From: an uncultured virus (IMG/VR IMGVR_UViG_2744054492_000006)
Taxonomy: Duplodnaviria > Heunggongvirae > Uroviricota > Caudoviricetes
Direction: 5' to 3' (one strand)
Length of the DNA: 20,000 bases
IMG/VR virus record: IMGVR_UViG_2744054492_000006
Part shown: positions 15,156-20,000 of the stretch, piece after piece
Layout: every line of letters starts with the position of its first letter
Numbering within the stretch: position 1 is the stretch's first letter
Position numbers and translations under genes: made by a program
The notes under the pieces: generated by a model
Databases searched by the model: none
Seen by the model: only the letters and a program-made list of their open reading frames with translations
Told to the model about the DNA's origin: nothing

Positions 15156-15407
15156 ATGTTAGATGGCAAAACCAATCCGTTGAACTTCCCGCCTCGCGGT
15201 TTAGGTAGAGTGGATGCCGCCAAGTACATTGGCATAAGCGCAAGTCTTTTCGATGAGCTGGTTGCAAAACGTTTGATGCCTGATCCTAAAATGATGAACA
15301 CCAGAAAAGTCTGGGATATCCGAGAGCTGGACAGAGCTTTCGATGAGCTCCCGCATTCCAACCAATCAGCAACAACAAACAGCAACCTACCAAGCGACTT
15401 CGTGTAA
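15156..15407 (+). CDS. xis: Excisionase / AlpA-like recombination directionality factor
   Basis: PPRGL...AAKYIGIS...FDELV....MP.P......VWD..ELD; GAGGTG RBS; directly upstream of the integrase. Confidence 0.8.
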   Translation: MLDGKTNPLNFPPRGLGRVDAAKYIGISASLFDELVAKRLMPDPKMMNTRKVWDIRELDRAFDELPHSNQSATTNSNLPSDFV

Positions 15408-15409
15408 CC

Positions 15410-16510
15410 ATGAGCACAACAAAGTTCAAAGGCGTTCATACCGAACGAGATCGACACGGAAAAATTCGCAGGTACTTTCGCAAAGATCGACAGTCACGCA
15501 GAATCCGCCTTAGAGAGGAGCCCGGAACACAAGCTTTTCTTGATGAGATCGCCCGCGCCCAGCTTGGGTTAACAAAGCCTGCACCGCTGGCAAAAGATAA
15601 GCCGAAGAAGACTATTCGAAAGGTAAAAGGAACATTCGGCTGGCTGGCAGAGGAGTATCTCAGTCGAGTAGGACCCACCTTTGCAAAGTCAACAGTAGAC
15701 CAAAAACGCCGAGTGCTCACCGCTATTGGCGACGAAACGTGCTTGAGCGCCTCTGCGTCTGCTTTGCGAGATATGGACTATCGCGGACTAACCAAAGCAC
15801 ACGTCACTAAACTGCGCGATCAAAAAGCCGGTACTCCTGAAGCAGCAAACCACCGTGTGAAAGCTCTATCAGCCCTTTTCGAGTGGGCTTGCGGAGAAGC
15901 TGAACTTGCCGAAACCAACCCCGTCCATGGGGTCAAGAAGTTCAAGTCAAACACGACCGGCCACCATACTTGGACACAAGATGAGATGGACCAGTTTGCT
16001 GCTCACCATAACCCAGGTTCAAAAGCCCACCTGTGCTTCACAGTTTTACGCTACACCGGCTTGCGCATATCCGACGTTTCTCGGCTTGGACCAAAACATC
16101 TCTACACTGATCGCGAAACAGGCTTGCTTCACTTTAAGATTGCAACCAAAAAAAATGAGAACAACACCTCTAAGGTGATTGATATGCCGGTACTCCCACC
16201 ACTAGCATTGGCTATCAAAGACCTCGATGAACAGGTAACGTTTGTCCAGACACAGTGGGGAAAACAGTACTCCATAAAAAGTCTTGGCAACCGCTTCAGC
16301 ACTTGGTGCAATCAAGCAAATCTTCCTCATTGTTCAGCTCACGGAATCAGAAAAGCTGATGCCGTTCTGGCTGCAGAACAAGGCGCAACTGCTCATGAAC
16401 TACTGAGCATGTTCGGCTGGGAAAAACTAAGCACCGCCGAAATCTATACGCGAAAAGCAAACGCAAAAAGACTGAGCCAAACAGGCTCTTCAAAACTGCT
16501 AAAAAAGTGA
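15410..16510 (+). CDS. int: Tyrosine integrase
   Basis: YTGLRISDV (Arg), HGIRK, FGW, and IYT (catalytic Tyr); N-terminal arm-binding-like region. Confidence 0.96.
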   Translation: MSTTKFKGVHTERDRHGKIRRYFRKDRQSRRIRLREEPGTQAFLDEIARAQLGLTKPAPLAKDKPKKTIRKVKGTFGWLAEEYLSRVGPTFAKSTVDQKRRVLTAIGDETCLSASASALRDMDYRGLTKAHVTKLRDQKAGTPEAANHRVKALSALFEWACGEAELAETNPVHGVKKFKSNTTGHHTWTQDEMDQFAAHHNPGSKAHLCFTVLRYTGLRISDVSRLGPKHLYTDRETGLLHFKIATKKNENNTSKVIDMPVLPPLALAIKDLDEQVTFVQTQWGKQYSIKSLGNRFSTWCNQANLPHCSAHGIRKADAVLAAEQGATAHELLSMFGWEKLSTAEIYTRKANAKRLSQTGSSKLLKK

Positions 16511-16583
16511 GGGAAACCAATTTGCTAAGTCTTTGTTTTTTAGTCCTTAGCCTTTCCCTCACCTACCACCTAACAATATGATT
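16507..16583. repeat. att arm region: 10-bp inverted repeat and IHF-like sites
   Basis: GTGAGGGAAA (16507-16) / TTTCCCTCAC (16553-62); one-mismatch IHF sites at 16526-38 and 16571-83. Confidence 0.6.
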
Positions 16584-16602
16584 ATTCAAATATAACCCGC
16601 TT

Positions 16603-16617
16603 CGGCAGAGGCCTCCA
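16603..16617 (+). other. Probable att core: displaced 3' end of a tRNA-Cys gene
   Basis: CGGCAGAGGCC-T-CCA followed by TTTTT; GGCC acceptor end with U73 and CCA fits tRNA-Cys; no 5' half upstream. Confidence 0.65.
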
Positions 16618-16704
16618 TTTTTCTCCCTTTACATTGATAGCAAAAACCTTTTCGCCTTTGGGGCGCAGAAGAATTGCGCCTTGCGATCAGCCATGTCTCG
16701 CGTT

Positions 16705-17733
16705 TCAGAGCACTGGCGGCGCGTCTATTTTTACGTGGCCAACCTCCCGGTGATGGCTCGGTTTTCCTGTCAACTTGCTCCTGAAACTCAGATAACCCGT
16801 ATAGATCTCTGACTGCCGCCCTTTCACACCCGGCAGTGAGCGCAGGTCCAATCCAGACCATGGAAAGTAGGGCGAACGGCGCAAATCTGCGAATAGGCCA
16901 ACACGAGCACCAGGGCGCGTTGCAATGCCGCGGCGATGGAACCCATGCGTATCAGCAATCACCAGTGAGTTTGCCGGCACATCAAAGCAGACGGGTTCAC
17001 CATATCTCATCCTCAAAATATCTTCCTCACTGGCTCGAAAAGAACCCGCTGCATGCATGCCATCTGGGTGCTGCACCGCATTCAAGCTCTGTTCAAACTC
17101 CCAGGCAGTCCGCTCCGGCGTATAACGATGAGACCCCGGCACGTAATGAAATGGCCCATCAGCGACATCAACATCGCGTAAAAACAACCACGCTTTCGAT
17201 GTGGCGTGGAACGTATCCATATGAAAATCAGTCTGCGGGTCTTTCCTCGTTTTTTCCAAGTCCCACAAAACGGCATGTAAAAACACGATGGGGTCCGCAT
17301 TGTAAGACGCCACATAGCGCATCGCATTTTGCAAATAAGGATCGCGAACCGCCCTGCTCAGACCGGGCAAGTCTTTCAGCACCGATGGTGGCAACCCAAT
17401 GAACCGCGTCACCGTTTTCCCCTGCCGCATTTCACTTGCGGCAAACGCATTCGTGGCAATCTCATCCTGAACTTGCGCAAAAACATCCTTGGAGAGGAAA
17501 TTCTCTTTCACTACGTATCCATTGCGATGAAAGAACGCCTTATCTTCCTCTGGCAAAAGGCGCACCATCTGACGACGGCGTAGTGCCGCCATTTTTTCCG
17601 CCCACGCCACACGCTTCAGATAAAACCCGCGCTCATTTAACCAGCGACTTCCGATAATCGGATTCTTCTTAAATGACTTTTGTCCCATCAAAGCATCAAG
17701 AGCCCAGATAGGACTTTTTAAAATTCGCAACAC
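16705..17733 (-). CDS. Phytanoyl-CoA dioxygenase (PhyH) family Fe(II)/2OG dioxygenase
   Basis: FHRNGYVVKENFL, H-x-D (HMD), GPFHYVPGSH, distal His (HRRG); likely start GTG 17733 after GGAGTGGGG (ORF open to 17814). Confidence 0.88.
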   Translation of the reverse strand: MLRILKSPIWALDALMGQKSFKKNPIIGSRWLNERGFYLKRVAWAEKMAALRRRQMVRLLPEEDKAFFHRNGYVVKENFLSKDVFAQVQDEIATNAFAASEMRQGKTVTRFIGLPPSVLKDLPGLSRAVRDPYLQNAMRYVASYNADPIVFLHAVLWDLEKTRKDPQTDFHMDTFHATSKAWLFLRDVDVADGPFHYVPGSHRYTPERTAWEFEQSLNAVQHPDGMHAAGSFRASEEDILRMRYGEPVCFDVPANSLVIADTHGFHRRGIATRPGARVGLFADLRRSPYFPWSGLDLRSLPGVKGRQSEIYTGYLSFRSKLTGKPSHHREVGHVKIDAPPVL

Positions 17734-17868
17734 ACGAGCCCCCACTCCGCTGACAAAACCGCCAGAACCTGTGCAATAACAAACACACCACGTATTCCTG
17801 TGTCCAATTGCCATTTAAACTCATCAAGCAAGCTATTGCAGCACTGATGATTTAAAGGGCAATTTTCG

Positions 17869-18711
17869 ATGAGCGATACACTTGATCAACCGACTAAGCG
17901 CTCAGCTCCCAAACGCCGCAAAAAAAGGCGTTGCAAAGCCGAGTTTGCCTCCGAAAGCGACATGTGCACCCATTTCATCAACAAGCTTCCCGAAGAGTGG
18001 GTCCCCTACCCGGAATGGGGCAACTGGGATATTCTGCTTGTCAGGAAGAAAGATGGGTTTCAGGTTGGCATCGAGGCCAAGTTGCGCCTCAACGCAAAAG
18101 TCATCTCTCAATCTGCAGAAACCGCCTATCACTGCGACAAACCCGGGCCGGATTGCCGAGCAATCCTGATTCCAAAAGGCTCCAATCTCGACTTTCAACC
18201 GGTTTGCAACATCCTGTCTCTGCAGATCATTGAGATTGAAAGCGAAACCTCTAAAAGCCCAAGTACCGTCAGTTGGTATCGGCCCAAACTCCCCAATCCA
18301 GATCGCGCATCCCCGGCAGGAAACTTCAAAGAGTTTTATCCCTCCGAACGGCTGGAACTCCCTGAAATCATTCCTATTGTTGCAGCTGGCAAGCCCTCTC
18401 CTATCAAGCTGACACCGTGGAAAATCAAAGCCATCAAGCTTGATATTCTGCTGCAAAAGCATGGCGTGGTTACGCGCAAACTGTTCAAGGCCCTCAACCT
18501 CAGCACAACGCTCTTCCTTCATTCCGGCAATGGCTGGATGCTGAAGGGATCAGAACGGGGTGCATGGACACGTGGCCCCAACTTCCCCGATTTCAGAATA
18601 GGGTGCGAAGAGAACTATGACGAGTTGGAAAAGCGTTACAAAACATGGGTTAAGACCTTGCCGATGGAAGGCATCCTCGCACCGGAAACCGAAAAAGAAC
18701 CTGCCTCATGA
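17869..18711 (+). CDS. PD-(D/E)xK nuclease-like protein (DUF2161-like architecture)
   Basis: SESD...YPE...WDILLV...GIEAK motif; C-terminal LTPWKIKAI...G...GW...RGAW wHTH-like region. Confidence 0.65.
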   Translation: MSDTLDQPTKRSAPKRRKKRRCKAEFASESDMCTHFINKLPEEWVPYPEWGNWDILLVRKKDGFQVGIEAKLRLNAKVISQSAETAYHCDKPGPDCRAILIPKGSNLDFQPVCNILSLQIIEIESETSKSPSTVSWYRPKLPNPDRASPAGNFKEFYPSERLELPEIIPIVAAGKPSPIKLTPWKIKAIKLDILLQKHGVVTRKLFKALNLSTTLFLHSGNGWMLKGSERGAWTRGPNFPDFRIGCEENYDELEKRYKTWVKTLPMEGILAPETEKEPAS

Positions 18712-18830
18712 GCGAATGAGCAGCCCTTTGTTGTTGCATGCAGAACAAACACCCCGAAACAACAGAGTTTCACTTGACCTAAATAGCTGCTAGATTACCC
18801 TTAGGTAAACCAAGCATCTGGGAGGGAGCG

Positions 18831-20000
18831 ATGGTTTTCAAAACGCAAGATGAGACGGGCACACTCAAAACATTCAGGGACGCAAAGCGATATTACTGGC
18901 TGATTGCTTATGCCAGCAGCAGCGTCACACTCATCACAGTCGCGCTTTATGCCTACACGCATGTCACAGCAACTCTGTTCATTCCCCTCGTTTACTTCTT
19001 CATCGTCATTCCCGGTCTGGACGCACTGATCGGCGAAGACCCGTATAATCCCGCTGATGATGTGTTGATCCAGATGGCGGAAGACCCTTATTACAGCCGG
19101 CTCGTGCACTGGCTGGTCCCATATTCATGGATCAACCTTTTTGCAGGCGTATGGCTTGTTGGCACCTATGACCTCCCTCTTTGGCTGATTGCTCTGTTTG
19201 CCTTTGGCAAAGGCTTGTTCGGCTCTGGCACCATCATGCTTGCCCATGAACTCGGCCACAAAACCAACAAGACAGATCAATTACTGGCCAAGTTTGCCCT
19301 CGCAGTCGTCGGCTACGGTCATTTTTGCATTGAGCACAATCGCGGCCACCACGTGTATGTGGCAACGCCGGAAGATCCCGCCAGCTCCCGCATGGGAGAA
19401 AGCATCTACGCCTTTGCTTGGCGCGAGATCCCAGGCGCGTTCGTCAGAGGCTGGCAAAACGAAAAGGAGCGCTTGCACAAGAAAGGCCTCAGCACCTTCT
19501 CGGTAAAGAACGATATTTTACAAGGCTATGCCATCACATTGATTGTATTTGCCATTTGCACTGCTCTGTTCGGCTGGAAGGTTCTGTTGTTGCTGGCTAT
19601 TCAAAGCGTAGTCGCATGGTATGGCCTGACGCAGGCAAACTATGTGGAGCACTATGGACTTCTGCGCCAAAAGGACAAGAATGGCAAATACGAGCGCTGC
19701 CAGCCACGCCACTCATGGAACACAAACCACATCTTCTCAAACCTGAGCACATTCCACCTGCAGCGCCATTCAGACCACCACGCCAACCCGCTGCGCCCCT
19801 ATCAAACCCTGCGAAATTTCCCGGACTTACCCAGCCTTCCAAGTGGATACCCCGGTTGCTTTGCATTGGCGGCCATCCCCTCACTGTGGTTCAAAACAAT
19901 GGACCCAAAAGTTCTGGAATGGGCTGGCGGAGACATCAACAAGGTCAATCGCGTTGATGGGTATGAGCCTGTTGCATTCTCTGCGCCGAACATCTGTTGA
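18831..20000 (+). CDS. alkB: Alkane 1-monooxygenase
   Basis: HELGHK, EHNRGHH, NYVEHYG and LQRHSDHHA His boxes; transmembrane segments; GGGAGGAG RBS; stop at 19998-20000. Confidence 0.96.
   Translation: MVFKTQDETGTLKTFRDAKRYYWLIAYASSSVTLITVALYAYTHVTATLFIPLVYFFIVIPGLDALIGEDPYNPADDVLIQMAEDPYYSRLVHWLVPYSWINLFAGVWLVGTYDLPLWLIALFAFGKGLFGSGTIMLAHELGHKTNKTDQLLAKFALAVVGYGHFCIEHNRGHHVYVATPEDPASSRMGESIYAFAWREIPGAFVRGWQNEKERLHKKGLSTFSVKNDILQGYAITLIVFAICTALFGWKVLLLLAIQSVVAWYGLTQANYVEHYGLLRQKDKNGKYERCQPRHSWNTNHIFSNLSTFHLQRHSDHHANPLRPYQTLRNFPDLPSLPSGYPGCFALAAIPSLWFKTMDPKVLEWAGGDINKVNRVDGYEPVAFSAPNIC

Larger units (their letters stand above)
1..16617. mobile_element. Temperate lambdoid prophage (HK97-like head module), right portion; continues beyond the left window edge
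   Basis: Ordered head, packaging, replication, immunity and integration modules; ends after the integrase at a tRNA 3'-end fragment, followed by metabolic host genes. Confidence 0.95.

Noticed and set aside
16540..16617. Complete tRNA gene
   Set aside because: Only the 3' terminal ~15 nt are tRNA-like; no D arm, anticodon arm or TTCG-type T loop in register.
17814..17856. Imperfect inverted repeat TTTAAA(C)TCATCA...TGATGATTTAAA between divergent host genes
   Set aside because: Real symmetry, but no basis to assign a function.
1..20000. CRISPR array, diversity-generating retroelement, IS element or gene transfer agent
   Set aside because: No repeat-spacer array, reverse transcriptase or transposase; integrase, repressor, replication and cos/HNH modules indicate a true prophage rather than a GTA.

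Overview
Bases 1 to ~16617 are the right-hand part of an apparently intact lambdoid (HK97-type head) prophage in an alphaproteobacterial chromosome; the host group is inferred from gene families and motifs. The minus strand carries cro, cII-like, an orphan DNA methyltransferase, replication genes, a NusG-family gene in the position lambda uses for Q, then HNH, cos region, terS, terL, portal, Clp-type protease and major capsid. The plus strand carries a short XRE repressor with no peptidase domain, an early operon of small genes, excisionase and tyrosine integrase. The prophage ends at a tRNA-Cys-like 3' fragment (likely att core). Host genes follow: a PhyH-family dioxygenase, a PD-(D/E)xK-like protein and alkB. 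Main observations: (1) an unlisted 50-aa ORF convergent with cI resembles only the repressor's C-terminal helices, a candidate decoy antirepressor with a possible switchable leader; (2) a NusG paralog with its own pR'-like promoter, ~190-nt structured leader and terminator; (3) an AT-rich antisense gene nested in a both-ends-coupled ORF; (4) a candidate anti-Shine-Dalgarno sRNA. All calls come from reading motifs by eye; no searches were run.
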